Shown here: piece after piece, positions 22,573-35,212 of the stretch
How the letters are laid out: every line of letters begins with the position of its first letter
Position numbering within the stretch: position 1 is the first letter of the stretch
Assembly: GCA_965261735.1 (NCBI GenBank)
Contig: OZ253470.1
Coordinates: forward strand, 1,312,001-1,376,000
Direction: 5' to 3'
Source: Alphaproteobacteria bacterium
GTDB taxonomy: Bacteria > Pseudomonadota > Alphaproteobacteria > SHVV01
Length of the DNA stretch: 64,000 bases
Position numbers and translations under genes: made by a program
The notes under the pieces: model-generated
Told to the model about the DNA's origin: nothing
Seen by the model: the letters and a program-made list of their open reading frames with translations, nothing else
Database searches by the model: none

Positions 22573-22600
22573 ATATGGGGTCAAAGTCGGCCCGTGTCAC
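22573..22600 (-). promoter_or_regulatory. candidate RpoH (sigma32) promoter for tldD
   Basis: Minus strand reads GTGACA-N14-CCCCATAT; the -10 matches CCCCATwT exactly, the -35 only partly. Confidence 0.45.
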
Positions 22601-22816
22601 GCGCCCGCGAAGGTTGCGCCGGAGCCCGGCGCCGGCGCCGGCAATGGGCTTGTTCTCGCTTGGCGCTGTAGTGTAGTGTCACGCTGACTCCTCCGAAGGA
22701 AGGCCACGCGCGGGTTACCGGGCGAGGCCGCCGGGCCTGCGTCCGACGAGGCGCGAAAGCGCGCGACGGCGCCGGACCGGGGGGCGCGTCGGGGGCGACG
22801 GGGAGCGAACAACACT

Positions 22817-25272
<2,456 letters not shown>

Positions 25273-25293
25273 CGGCGCGCCCGAGGAGAGCCC

Positions 25294-26211
25294 GTGTCTC
25301 AGCCTACCGCTGCTCTGGGAACGCGATCCGGCAAGACCGCAGGCGCCGCCGAGGCGGCGGCCGGCGACTATGTCGCGCTCCTCAAGCCGCGCGTCATGTC
25401 GCTGGTTGTGTTCACCGGGCTCGTCGGTCTAATCCTGGCGCCGGGCACGATTCATCCCACGCTGGCGATTGCCGCCCTGCTGTGCATCGCCGCCGGGGCC
25501 GGCGCCGCGGGCGCCATGAACATGTGGTACGACGCCGATATCGATGCGCTCATGAGCCGCACCCGGGGGCGTCCCATCCCGGCCGGACGAGTCGCCCCTC
25601 GAGCCGCGCTCGGCTTCGGCCTCGTGCTTGGCGTCGGAGCGGTCGTCGTCATGGGCCTCGCCGCCAACTTCCTGGCCGCGGCGCTGCTGGCGCTGACCAT
25701 CGGCTTCTACGTCCTCGTCTACACCATGTGGCTGAAGCGGAGGACGCCGCAGAACATCGTCATCGGCGGGGCCGCCGGGGCGCTGCCGCCGGTCATCGGC
25801 TGGGCCGCCGTGACCGGCGAAGTGGGGCTAGCGCCGCTCGTTCTGTTCACCATCATCTTCCTTTGGACGCCGCCTCATTTCTGGGCCTTGTCGCTCTATC
25901 GCGCCGACGACTACGCCGCCGCCGGTGTGCCAATGCTTCCGGTCGTCGCCGGGGCGCCATCGACGCGCCGGCATATTCTCGCCTATACCGCGGTGCTGGT
26001 GCCGGTCAGCCTGGCGCCGGTACTGGTGGGCCTCGCCGGATGGACCTATGGTGTCGGCGCTGCAGCGCTCGGGGTGCTGTTCGTTGCCTACGCTTTGCGG
26101 CTGTGGCGCGAGACGAGCGAGACCATGGCGCGCCGCACTTTCGCCTTCTCCATCATCTACCTTGCCGGCATCTTCGCGCTGCTTCTGCTCGACCGGGCGC
26201 TCCCTTTCTAG
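25294..26211 (+). CDS. cyoE: protoheme IX farnesyltransferase (heme O synthase)
   Basis: [38 protein letters not shown]. Confidence 0.95.
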   Translation: MSQPTAALGTRSGKTAGAAEAAAGDYVALLKPRVMSLVVFTGLVGLILAPGTIHPTLAIAALLCIAAGAGAAGAMNMWYDADIDALMSRTRGRPIPAGRVAPRAALGFGLVLGVGAVVVMGLAANFLAAALLALTIGFYVLVYTMWLKRRTPQNIVIGGAAGALPPVIGWAAVTGEVGLAPLVLFTIIFLWTPPHFWALSLYRADDYAAAGVPMLPVVAGAPSTRRHILAYTAVLVPVSLAPVLVGLAGWTYGVGAAALGVLFVAYALRLWRETSETMARRTFAFSIIYLAGIFALLLLDRALPF

Positions 26212-26223
26212 GCCCATGTCGCC

Positions 26224-26346
26224 GTGCCGATCACCGACCAGCACAAGCGCCGCCGCAGCCGCAATATTGCGCTGGCGTTGTTTCTCGCCGGGTTGGTCGT
26301 GCTGTTCTTTTTCATGACGATCGCCAAGCTCGGCCAAACGATATGA
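26224..26346 (+). CDS. small membrane protein of the cox operon (CoxF-like), not in the ORF track
   Basis: GTG-start MPITDQHKRRRSRNIALALFLAGLVVLFFFMTIAKLGQTI*. Lies between cyoE and ctaG; ATGA overlap with ctaG. Confidence 0.8.
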   Translation: MPITDQHKRRRSRNIALALFLAGLVVLFFFMTIAKLGQTI

Positions 26347-26948
26347 GGGCCAGCCTCCGCGCACGCAAGTCGGCCACGGTGACCGTCCTCGCCGGCGTCG
26401 TCGTCGGCATGGGCGCGCTCGCCTACGCGGCCGTCCCGCTCTACCAGCTCTTCTGCCAGGTGACCGGCTATGGCGGCACCACGGGGGTGGCGGCCGTGGC
26501 GCCGGGTGCGGCGTCCGAACGGGTGATCACGGTGCGCTTCAACGCCGATATCGCGCCCGACCTGGCATGGACCTTCCGCCCGACGCAGCGCGAGGTGAGG
26601 GTGCGGGTCGGCGAGGAGGCGCTGGCGTTCTACAGCGCCGAAAACACCTCGGGCGAGGCATTGACGGGGAGCGCGGTGTTCAACGTCACGCCCTTCAAGG
26701 CGGGCGCCTATTTCAACAAGATCGACTGCTTCTGCTTCAGCGAGCAGACGCTGGCGCCGGGTGCGCGGGCCGAGATGGGCGTGTCGTTCTTCATCGATCC
26801 CGCCCTTCTCGAGGACCGCAACCTGAGCGAGGTCAACACCATCACCCTGTCCTACACCTTCTTCCGCGCCGCCGACGCGGCCGCTGGGCAGGCCGCGGCG
26901 GCGCCGGAGCGTCGAAGGCCGGCGGCGGCCGGCGCGGACCCGAGCTAG
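26343..26948 (+). CDS. ctaG: cytochrome c oxidase assembly protein Cox11/CtaG
   Basis: VPLYQLFCQVTGYGGT, YFNKIDCFCF, ITLSYTF. Confidence 0.95.
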   Translation: MRASLRARKSATVTVLAGVVVGMGALAYAAVPLYQLFCQVTGYGGTTGVAAVAPGAASERVITVRFNADIAPDLAWTFRPTQREVRVRVGEEALAFYSAENTSGEALTGSAVFNVTPFKAGAYFNKIDCFCFSEQTLAPGARAEMGVSFFIDPALLEDRNLSEVNTITLSYTFFRAADAAAGQAAAAPERRRPAAAGADPS

Positions 26949-26965
26949 CGCAACGGAGTATCGAG

Positions 26966-27766
26966 ATGGCCGAGACTCACGCACCCGGACACGACTACCA
27001 CATGGTCGAACCGAGCCCGTGGCCGGCATTCGGCATGGTGTCGGCGGGACTGCTCGCGGGCGGCGCCGTCATGTTCCTGCATGGCCTCACCCCCTGGGTG
27101 ATGATCGTCGGTGTCTTACTCACGTTGTACACGATGTTCGTGTGGTGGCGCGACGTGATCCGCGAGGGGACCTTCGAGGGCCATCACAGACCTGTCGTGC
27201 AGGTCGGCCTGCGCTACGGCATGGCTCTCTTTATCGCCTCGGAAGTGGCGTTCTTCCTGGCCTGGTTCTGGGCCTACTTCAATGCCAGCCTGTTTCCCAG
27301 CGAGGCCATCGGTGGCGTCTGGCCGCCGGTCGGCATCGAGACCTTCGAGGCCTGGGATGTTCCTTTTCTCAACACGCTGATCCTGCTCACCTCGGGGACC
27401 ACCGTGACCTGGGCGCACCACGCGCTGCGCGAGGGCAACCAGCGCGGCCTCATCCTCGGGCTCTGGTTCACCGTCATCCTGGGCATCTGCTTCACCGGCC
27501 TGCAGGCCCTCGAATATTCCGAAGCCGCCTTCTCCTTCCGCGGCGGCATCTATGGCTCGACCTTCTTCATGGCCACCGGGTTTCACGGCTTCCACGTCAT
27601 CGTCGGCACGATCTTCCTCTCGGTCTGCCTGGTCCGCGCCTACAAAGGCCATTTCAAACCCGAACACCATTTCGGGCTCGAGGCGGCGGCGTGGTACTGG
27701 CATTTCGTCGACGTGGTGTGGCTGTTCCTGTTCTGCTCGATCTACTGGTGGGGCGCGGGCCACTAG
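26966..27766 (+). CDS. coxC: cytochrome c oxidase subunit III
   Basis: HDYHMVEPSPWP, LFIASEV, ATGFHGFHV, WYWHFVDVVW. Confidence 0.97.
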   Translation: MAETHAPGHDYHMVEPSPWPAFGMVSAGLLAGGAVMFLHGLTPWVMIVGVLLTLYTMFVWWRDVIREGTFEGHHRPVVQVGLRYGMALFIASEVAFFLAWFWAYFNASLFPSEAIGGVWPPVGIETFEAWDVPFLNTLILLTSGTTVTWAHHALREGNQRGLILGLWFTVILGICFTGLQALEYSEAAFSFRGGIYGSTFFMATGFHGFHVIVGTIFLSVCLVRAYKGHFKPEHHFGLEAAAWYWHFVDVVWLFLFCSIYWWGAGH

Positions 27767-27791
27767 AAAGCGGCCGCGGCCCGGCGGACGC

Positions 27792-28181
27792 ATGTCGACG
27801 GCCGGCTCTCCACGGGTCTCCGCACTCCGCGCCGGCTTGGCATGTCGCTGCCCGCGCTGTGGCAAGGGCGCGTTGTTTTCCGGCTACCTCACGGTCGGCC
27901 CTAGCTGCTCTTCGTGTGGGCTCGACTACTCGAACCACGACGCGGGCGACGGGCCAGCCGTGTTCGTCGTCCTCATCGTCGGTATCGTGGTCGTCGCCCT
28001 GGCGCTGATCTCGGAGCGCCTCCTTGCGCCGCCGCTGTGGCTCCACCTCGTCGTGTGGATCCCCTTTATCCTCGCCGCCTCGTTGTGGCTGCTGCGGCCG
28101 TTCAAGGCGATACTGGTCGCGCTTCAATACAAACATCAGGCGGGCGAGGCATCGGAAGCCTCCGGGCCCGATCGGAAATGA
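27792..28181 (+). CDS. DUF983 zinc-ribbon membrane protein
   Basis: CRCPRCGKGALF..YL....CSSCG, DAGDGPA, LLRPFK. Confidence 0.85.
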   Translation: MSTAGSPRVSALRAGLACRCPRCGKGALFSGYLTVGPSCSSCGLDYSNHDAGDGPAVFVVLIVGIVVVALALISERLLAPPLWLHLVVWIPFILAASLWLLRPFKAILVALQYKHQAGEASEASGPDRK

Positions 28182-28912
28182 ACCCGGGCGGCCCGCGCGC
28201 GCGGCGCCTCCGCCCGCAGCTGTGGCCCACCCTCATCGCGCTTCCGGCCCTTGCCGCACTGCTGGCGCTCGGCACCTGGCAGCTCGAGCGGCTCGCCTGG
28301 AAGCGGGCGCTGATCGCCGAGCGCGACGCCGCGCTAGCGGCCGCGCCGCAATCCCTGCCCGCAGGCGCGGCCGAGCGTGCCGCGCTCGATTACACGCGCG
28401 TGCGTGCGCGCGGCACGTTCGTGCACGAGCGTGAGCTCTACCTCGTCGGCCGCGCGCGCGCCGGCGTCGGTGGCGTCCACGTGCTCACGCCCCTGCACCT
28501 CGACGACGGCACCGGCGCCGTCGTGATCGACCGCGGCTTCGTACCCGAGGCCAACAGGGCACCGGCCACGCGCACCGCCGGGCAGATCACGGGCCCCGTC
28601 ACGATCGAAGGCAGCGCCCGCCGACCCGGCCGGCGCAACCTGTTCACGCCCGACAACCGCCCCGAGGCGAACGAGTGGTACTGGCTCGACCGCGACGCCA
28701 TGGGCGCCGCGGTCGGATTGAACCTACTGTCCGTCGTCATCGTCGCGGGTACGGCGGCCAATCCCGGCGGCCTACCCGTCGGCACCGAGCTGCGCAGCGA
28801 CCTGCGTAACGACCACCTCGGCTATGCGCTCACCTGGTACGGCCTGGCCGCGGCGTTGGTCGTGATCTACGTGGTCTTTCATCTGCGCCGCCCGACCCTG
28901 GGCCCCGCATGA
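28178..28912 (+). CDS. SURF1 family protein
   Basis: LGTWQLERLAWK, IDRGFVP, NDHLGYALTWY. Confidence 0.92.
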   Translation: MNPGGPRARRLRPQLWPTLIALPALAALLALGTWQLERLAWKRALIAERDAALAAAPQSLPAGAAERAALDYTRVRARGTFVHERELYLVGRARAGVGGVHVLTPLHLDDGTGAVVIDRGFVPEANRAPATRTAGQITGPVTIEGSARRPGRRNLFTPDNRPEANEWYWLDRDAMGAAVGLNLLSVVIVAGTAANPGGLPVGTELRSDLRNDHLGYALTWYGLAAALVVIYVVFHLRRPTLGPA

Positions 28913-30402
28913 CGGCCTACGCCGAGCTCGAGGCGCGCTTTCGCCGCATCGATCATGTTGGCGGAGCACTCGCTGTGTTGCACTGGGACAGCGCAACGAT
29001 GATGCCGCCGGGGGGCGCGGCCGCACGCGCCGAGCAGCTCGCGACGCTGACGCTGATCCGCCATGAGCTGCTCGCCGACCCGGCGACGGCCGACCTCCTG
29101 GATGCCGCCGAGCAGGCCGGCACCGTCGGGCGCTCTGGCTGGCGGGCCGCGAACCTCCACCACATGCGCCGCGAGTGGCGGCACGCGACGGCGGTGCCCG
29201 CCGATCTCACGGCCGCATTCTCCCACGCGACCTCGGCCTGCGAGCTCGCCTGGCGCCGCGCCCGAGACGATCGAGACTTCGCCGCCGTGGCGCCCTTGCT
29301 CGCCGAGGTGCTGCGCCTGGTGCGCGAGATCGCCGCCGCCAAAGCAGCGGCATTCGGGTGCGGGCCCTACGATGCGCTGCTCGACGCTTACGACGCGGGT
29401 GCCCGCATCGCCGACATCGAGACCATATTCGCCGACCTCGAAGCGTTCCTGCCCGGCTTTCTCGGGCGCACGCTCGCCCACCAGGCAGCGCGGCCAGCGC
29501 CGCTGCCGCTCGACGGTCCCTTCCCGGTCGCGGCCCAGCGCGACATCGCCGAGCGCCTGATGGCGGCGCTCGGGTTCGAGGCCGAGCATGGCCGCCTCGA
29601 CGTCTCGCACCACCCCTTCTCGGGCGGCGTCCCCGACGACGTCCGCATCACCACGCGCTACCTCGAGCACGACTTCAGCCAGTCCCTGATGGCGGTCCTG
29701 CACGAAACCGGCCACGCGCTCTACGAGCGCGGCCTGCCGCCCAAGTGGCGCGACCAGCCGGTCGGGCAGTCGGCCGGCATGACCCTGCACGAGAGCCAGT
29801 CGCTGCTTGTGGAAATGCATGTCTGCCGCAGCGCCGAGTTCATCAGCTACCTGGCACCGCTCGTGCGCAAGACCTTCGGCGCTTCCGGTCCGGCCTGGGG
29901 CGTGGCCAACCTGCGCCGCCTCTATTGGCGGGTCGGGCCGGGGCTCATACGGGTCGAGGCCGACGAGGTCACCTACCCGCTGCACGTGATCCTGCGCACC
30001 AGGCTCGAGCGCGCCATGATCGCCGGCGACCTCACGGTGGCCGAGCTACCGGGCGCCTGGCGCGAGGCCATGAAGGCAACGCTCGGCATCGTCCCCGACC
30101 ACGACGGCGTGGGCTGCCTCCAGGACATCCACTGGTATGGCGGCGACTTCGGCTACTTCCCGACGTACACGCTCGGCGCTCTCGCGGCGGCGCAGCTCTT
30201 CGCCGCCGCGAAGGCCGCCGATGCGGATATTCTGCCGGCCATCGCCGAGGGCCGCTTTGCACCGCTTCTGGCGTGGTTGCGCACCAACGTGCATGCCCAC
30301 GGTTCGCGCTACCCGGCGCGCGAGGTCCTGCGCCGCGCCACCGGCGAGGCGCTCGGCACCGCGGCCTACGAGCGCCACGTGGCGGCGCGCTACCTGGCCT
30401 GA
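28909..30402 (+). CDS. carboxypeptidase Taq (M32)
   Basis: HPF, DVRITTRY, HETGHALYE, HESQS, IRVEADE, QDIHW, GYFPTY. Confidence 0.95.
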   Translation: MTAYAELEARFRRIDHVGGALAVLHWDSATMMPPGGAAARAEQLATLTLIRHELLADPATADLLDAAEQAGTVGRSGWRAANLHHMRREWRHATAVPADLTAAFSHATSACELAWRRARDDRDFAAVAPLLAEVLRLVREIAAAKAAAFGCGPYDALLDAYDAGARIADIETIFADLEAFLPGFLGRTLAHQAARPAPLPLDGPFPVAAQRDIAERLMAALGFEAEHGRLDVSHHPFSGGVPDDVRITTRYLEHDFSQSLMAVLHETGHALYERGLPPKWRDQPVGQSAGMTLHESQSLLVEMHVCRSAEFISYLAPLVRKTFGASGPAWGVANLRRLYWRVGPGLIRVEADEVTYPLHVILRTRLERAMIAGDLTVAELPGAWREAMKATLGIVPDHDGVGCLQDIHWYGGDFGYFPTYTLGALAAAQLFAAAKAADADILPAIAEGRFAPLLAWLRTNVHAHGSRYPAREVLRRATGEALGTAAYERHVAARYLA

Positions 30403-30416
30403 TGCGCGCCGCGAAT

Positions 30417-31586
30417 TCAGGTACGGAAGTGCTTGCTGAGCTTGAGGCCCTGGCTCTGATAGGACGAGCCGATGGCGCCGCCGTAGAGGCGGTCGGGAAC
30501 GGCGGTGAGGCGCTCATACATCAGCCGCCCCACGACCTGCCCGTGCTCGAGCAGGAAGGGCATGTCGAAGGAGCGCACTTCGAGCACCGCGCGCGAACCG
30601 GCGCCGCCGGCCTCCGCATACCCGAAGCCGGGGTCGAAGAAGCCCGCGTAGTGGACGCGGAACTCACCGTGGAGCGGGTTGAACGGGGCCATCTCGGCGG
30701 CGTGGTCGGGTGGCACCGTCACCGCCTCGCGCGAGGCCAGGACATAGAACTCGTTGGGGTCGAGGATCAGCGTGCCGCTCGGGTTGGCACGGATGGGCTC
30801 CCAGTAGTCGAGCGCATCGCACGCGCCCACTTTGTCGACATCGACGAGATCGGTGAAACGCTTGGCGCGGTAGCCGACGAGGCCGCCGCTCGCCTCGCCC
30901 TTGAGGTCGACGGTGATGGCGAGCCCGTTCGAGATCCGCGTGGCCACATCCTCGGCGTCGCGCCCGCCATGGATCAGCGGCACCTCCTCGTGCAGCCGGC
31001 GAATGCCGGTATCGGTGGCCGGCGGTGAGCCGCGCCGTATCCTGAGCTGTATCAGCCGCGAGCCCTTGCGTACGACGACACCGAAGGCGCGCGGCGATAT
31101 CTCCACGAACAACGGCCCCTTATAGCCCTCGCGCACGCGATCGAACTGGTCGGATTGGTCGGTAATCAGCCGCGTAAAGACGTCGAGCCGGCCGGTCGAA
31201 CTCTTGGGGTTGGCGATGCCGAACATGCGCTTGCCGAAGAGCACGCTTTCGAGCAGCGGGACGATGTAGACGCACCCTTTTTCGAGCACCGCGCCCGAGG
31301 CGAGCTCGAACTTGTACTTGGTGACGGCCTCGAGCTTGTCCTCGACGCGCGAATCGTGGCCCGGGAGGAAGCCGGCGCGCACGCGGTAGGCGGTGGCCCC
31401 GAGCCTGAGATCGATGCTGGCGGGTTGAATCTGCTCGTCGCTCAGCGGCTCGCTTGTCGACAGCACGACCTTCTGGCGCACCAAGTCGCGCAATTCCTGC
31501 GCCGGCAGAACCCCGGTTCTATGCTGCGGCGCAGGCGCCGGTTCCTCGGTTCCCAGCGGAAACTGGATGCCTACTTGCTCGGCCAC
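30417..31586 (-). CDS. dcd: dCTP deaminase (alphaproteobacterial two-domain type)
   Basis: QIQPASIDLRLG, NPKSSTGRLD, EFRVHYAGFFDPGFG, SYQSQGLKLSKHF. GTG start inferred. Confidence 0.92.
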   Translation of the reverse strand: MAEQVGIQFPLGTEEPAPAPQHRTGVLPAQELRDLVRQKVVLSTSEPLSDEQIQPASIDLRLGATAYRVRAGFLPGHDSRVEDKLEAVTKYKFELASGAVLEKGCVYIVPLLESVLFGKRMFGIANPKSSTGRLDVFTRLITDQSDQFDRVREGYKGPLFVEISPRAFGVVVRKGSRLIQLRIRRGSPPATDTGIRRLHEEVPLIHGGRDAEDVATRISNGLAITVDLKGEASGGLVGYRAKRFTDLVDVDKVGACDALDYWEPIRANPSGTLILDPNEFYVLASREAVTVPPDHAAEMAPFNPLHGEFRVHYAGFFDPGFGYAEAGGAGSRAVLEVRSFDMPFLLEHGQVVGRLMYERLTAVPDRLYGGAIGSSYQSQGLKLSKHFRT

Positions 31587-31694
31587 CCGCGGCCCTCCAT
31601 GGTCTCGCCGGTCCGTCGCCCAGGGCCCGGTAGCGTCCGCGTCCGGACACAATTTTCCGTGAGTTTACAACCAGTTATCCGAAGAGACCACGGC

Positions 31695-31709
31695 TTTGTT
31701 GTCAACAAA
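31695..31709. promoter_or_regulatory. AT-rich perfect palindrome, candidate operator between divergent dcd and thrC
   Basis: TTTGTTG-T-CAACAAA. Confidence 0.4.
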
Positions 31710-31889
31710 CTCGTCCCCAGTCGGCCGGCACCAAGTGTCCTCGCGACACCGAGGAATCAGTGTATCCCCGCAAGTCACCGGGCGCCGCCCCCATTCTATC
31801 CACAAGCCCGCTTGCTTGGCCCCGGGCGCCTCGCTAGTCTCCGGCGCGAATGCGCCTCGGCCGAAGCCGGCGCATCCGGGAGTCACGAT

Positions 31890-33287
31890 TTGCGCTATGT
31901 CAGTACCCGGGGGACGGCGCCGGCGCTCGGCTTCGAGGACGTCGTCCTGGCCGGCCTCGCCGAGGACGGCGGCCTCTATGTGCCCGAGGCCTGGCCGGTA
32001 CTCGGCGCCGCCGATCTTCGCTCACTGAGGGGGCTCTCCTACCCCGAGCTCGCGGTCCGGGTGATGGCGCCCTACGTCGGCGAGGCGCTATCCGAGGCCG
32101 AGCTGGGCGAACTCGTCACGCAGGCCTACGCCACCTTCTCCCACGAGTCGGTCACCCCGCTCCGCGAGCTCGGCGAGAACGAGTGGCTGCTCGAACTGTT
32201 CCACGGGCCGACGCTGGCCTTCAAGGACTGCGCGCTACAGCTCCTGGCCCGGCTGTTCGATCATTGGCTCGCGCGCCGCGGCGAGCGCGTGACCATCGTC
32301 GCCGCGACCTCGGGTGACACCGGCTCCGCCGCCATCGCGGCCTGCGCCGGGCGCGCCGCGCTCGAGATCGTGGTGCTCCATCCGGCCGGGCGGGTTTCCG
32401 AGGTGCAGCGCCGGCAGATGACGACAGCCGCCGGCGCCAACGTCCACAACATCGCCGTCGAGGGCACGTTCGACGATTGCCAGGCGCTCGTCAAAGCCAT
32501 GCTGGGCGACGCGGCGTTGCGCCGCGAGACGCGCCTCGCCGCCGTCAACTCCATCAACTGGGCACGGGTGATGGCGCAGATCGTCTACTACGTGCACGCA
32601 GGTCTGGCGCTCGGCGCGCCCGAGCGCGAGGTCGCGTTTGCCGTGCCGACCGGCAATTTCGGCGATGTCTTCGCCGGCTATGGCGCGCACCGCATGGGCC
32701 TGCCGATCGCGCGCCTGATCGTCGCCACCAATCGCAACGACATTCTCGCGCGCTTCTTCGAGGACGCCGAGTACCGGCTCGGCGCGGTGCAGCCGACAAT
32801 AAGCCCGAGCATGGACATCCAGGTGGCAAGCAACTTCGAGCGACTCCTGTTCGAGCTGTGCGGGCGCGAAGGGAATCGCGTGGCAGCGTACATGGAGGCG
32901 ATGGCCGAGGCCGGCGCGTTTCGCGTCACCACGGCCGAGCTCACGCGCGCCGGCGCTCTCTTCGCCGCCGCGCGCGTCGACGAGGACGCGACGCTGGCGA
33001 CGATCGCCTCGATCTACCGCGACACCGGCATCATCGTCGATCCGCACACCGCCGTGGGCATCGCCGCAGGCCGGGCGCGGCACGATAGCTCGGCGCCACT
33101 CGTGTGCCTCGCGACCGCCCATCCGGCGAAGTTTCCGGATGCGGTCGAGGAGGCCACCGGCGTCCGCCCCGAATTGCCCGCGCCGTGGGCCGATCTGTTT
33201 ACACGCGAGGAGCGCTATGATGTGCTGGCTAACGATCTCGAGGCGGTCAAGGCCTACGTCCGCGAGCACGCGGGCGCTGCAGGTTGA
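31890..33287 (+). CDS. thrC: threonine synthase
   Basis: TTG start after GGGAG; RYVSTRG, FHGPTLAFKD, ATSGDTG, NSINWAR, VPTGNFG, TAHPAKF. Confidence 0.95.
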   Translation: MRYVSTRGTAPALGFEDVVLAGLAEDGGLYVPEAWPVLGAADLRSLRGLSYPELAVRVMAPYVGEALSEAELGELVTQAYATFSHESVTPLRELGENEWLLELFHGPTLAFKDCALQLLARLFDHWLARRGERVTIVAATSGDTGSAAIAACAGRAALEIVVLHPAGRVSEVQRRQMTTAAGANVHNIAVEGTFDDCQALVKAMLGDAALRRETRLAAVNSINWARVMAQIVYYVHAGLALGAPEREVAFAVPTGNFGDVFAGYGAHRMGLPIARLIVATNRNDILARFFEDAEYRLGAVQPTISPSMDIQVASNFERLLFELCGREGNRVAAYMEAMAEAGAFRVTTAELTRAGALFAAARVDEDATLATIASIYRDTGIIVDPHTAVGIAAGRARHDSSAPLVCLATAHPAKFPDAVEEATGVRPELPAPWADLFTREERYDVLANDLEAVKAYVREHAGAAG

Positions 33288-33302
33288 ATGAAGGAGGCGC
33301 CA

Positions 33303-34562
33303 ATGAACGCGCAGGTAACGACCCTGGCCAACGGGTTTCGCGTCGCCAGCGATCCCGTGCGCTCGCTCGAGACGGCCGCGCTCGGCGTGTGGGTCGACGT
33401 CGGCGCCCGCAACGAGGGTCCGGAGATCAACGGCGTTTCCCACATGCTCGAGCACATGGCGTTCAAGGGGACGGAACGGCGCAGTGCGCAAGCCATCGCC
33501 GAGGAGATCGAGGCGGTCGGCGGCCACCTCAACGCCTATACCTCGCGCGAGCAGACCGCGTATTTCGCCCGGGTGCTGGCCGACGACGTCGCCCTGGCGG
33601 TCGACCTCCTGGCCGACATCCTCCAGCACTCGGTCTTCGACGAGAGCGAGCTGTCGCGCGAGCGCGAGGTCATCATCCAAGAGATCGGCCAGACCGAGGA
33701 CACGCCCGACGACCTCATCTTCGACCGCTTCCAGGAGGCGGCGTTCCCCGAACAGGCGCTCGGGCGTTCCATCCTCGGCACCGTCGAGCGCGTCGGCGCC
33801 ATGTCGCGCGGCGACCTGCTCGCCTACATGGGTGCCCACTATCGGGCGCCGACGATGGTCCTCGCGGCCGCGGGACGGGTCGATCACGAAGCGCTCGTCG
33901 AGCTCGCCACTGAGGCCTTCGGCGCCCTGCCCGCCGGCGAGGATGGTGGGCGCGAGCCGGCGCGCTATGTCGGCGGCGATACGCGCGAGGCGCGCGACCT
34001 CGAGCAGGTCCACATCACCCTCGGCTTCAACGGCGTCTCCCATACCGACGAGGACTTCTTCGCCGTCCAGGTGGTGGCGACGCTGCTCGGCGGCGGCATG
34101 TCCTCGCGGCTGTTTCAGGAGGTTCGCGAGAAGCGCGGCCTCGCCTACGCCATTTCCTCCTTCGCCTCTTCCTACCTCGACGGCGGCCTCTTCGGCGTTT
34201 ACGCCGGCACCGGGGAGGCGCAGGTCGGCGAACTCGTCGACGTGGTCTGTGCGGAGATCACGGACGTCGCCGGCGCGGTCACGGCGGACGAGCTGGCGCG
34301 CGCGCGCACCCAACTCAAGGCCGGCATGATGATGGCGCTCGAAAGTCCGACGGCGCGCTGCGAGCACCTGGCCCGCCAATTGCTCATCTTCGGGCGCGCG
34401 ATCCCGGTCGCCGAGATCGTCGCCAAGATCGACGCCGTCGACGGTGCCGGGGCGGCACGCGCGGCGCAGCGGATCGTCGCCTCCGGCCCGCCGGTGATCG
34501 CGGCGCTCGGCCCGATCACGCAGCTTGCCAGCTACGACGCGATCGCGGCAAAATTCGCGTGA
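33303..34562 (+). CDS. M16 family (pitrilysin/MPP-like) peptidase
   Basis: HMLEHMAFKGT (HxxEH), LNAYTSRE, GGGMSSRLFQEVREKRGL; AGGAGG RBS. Confidence 0.95.
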   Translation: MNAQVTTLANGFRVASDPVRSLETAALGVWVDVGARNEGPEINGVSHMLEHMAFKGTERRSAQAIAEEIEAVGGHLNAYTSREQTAYFARVLADDVALAVDLLADILQHSVFDESELSREREVIIQEIGQTEDTPDDLIFDRFQEAAFPEQALGRSILGTVERVGAMSRGDLLAYMGAHYRAPTMVLAAAGRVDHEALVELATEAFGALPAGEDGGREPARYVGGDTREARDLEQVHITLGFNGVSHTDEDFFAVQVVATLLGGGMSSRLFQEVREKRGLAYAISSFASSYLDGGLFGVYAGTGEAQVGELVDVVCAEITDVAGAVTADELARARTQLKAGMMMALESPTARCEHLARQLLIFGRAIPVAEIVAKIDAVDGAGAARAAQRIVASGPPVIAALGPITQLASYDAIAAKFA

Positions 34563-34596
34563 GAATGCGCCGCGGCCGCGGCGCGGAGGAGGCGCG

Positions 34597-35196
34597 GTGA
34601 GTTCATTGTTGCGAAATCTGGTGACGCCTATCGCCGAGCGGGTGGTGAATGGGGGGTACGTCTACGTGCGCGCGCCGCAGCCGCGCGACTGGCCCGCGTG
34701 GTCCAAGGTGCGCGCCGAATCGCGCGACTTCCTCGCCCCTTGGGAGCCGATCTGGCCGCATGACGCGCTGACGCGCGCCGCCTTCCGCCGCCGGCTGCGG
34801 CGCTACGACGAGGATTCGCGCGACGATACCGGCTATGCCTTCTACGTGTTCCGCAGGGCCGACGATGCGCTCCTTGGCGGCGTCACGCTGAGCCAGGTCC
34901 GGCGCGGCGTCACCCAATCCTGCTCGCTCGGCTATTGGATCGGCGAGGCCTACGCGCGCCAGGGCTACATGACCGATGCGCTGGCCGCCCTCGTGGAGTT
35001 CGTCTTCGAGGAAATGCGCCTGCATCGCATCGAGGCGGCTTGCGTGCCCACCAACGAGGCGAGCAAGTCGCTGCTCGAAAAGTCGGGCTTCACCCACGAG
35101 GGCTACGCCCGACAATATCTCTGCATCAACGGCGCCTGGCGCGACCACCTGCTCTACGCCCTGCTGACCTCCGACCCGCGCCCGGCGAGCGGCTGA
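34597..35196 (+). CDS. rimJ: RimJ/RimL family N-acetyltransferase
   Basis: SRDFLAPWEP, LGYWIG..YARQGYM, LHRIEAAC, YLCINGAWRDH. Confidence 0.85.
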   Translation: MSSLLRNLVTPIAERVVNGGYVYVRAPQPRDWPAWSKVRAESRDFLAPWEPIWPHDALTRAAFRRRLRRYDEDSRDDTGYAFYVFRRADDALLGGVTLSQVRRGVTQSCSLGYWIGEAYARQGYMTDALAALVEFVFEEMRLHRIEAACVPTNEASKSLLEKSGFTHEGYARQYLCINGAWRDHLLYALLTSDPRPASG

Positions 35197-35212
35197 GGGT
35201 CGGCGACCGGCC

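Noticed and set aside
31590-31889. SAM-alpha riboswitch, often found near dcd/metZ
   Set aside because: The conserved GTGGTGATTT...GCCACG core was not found, and metZ is absent.
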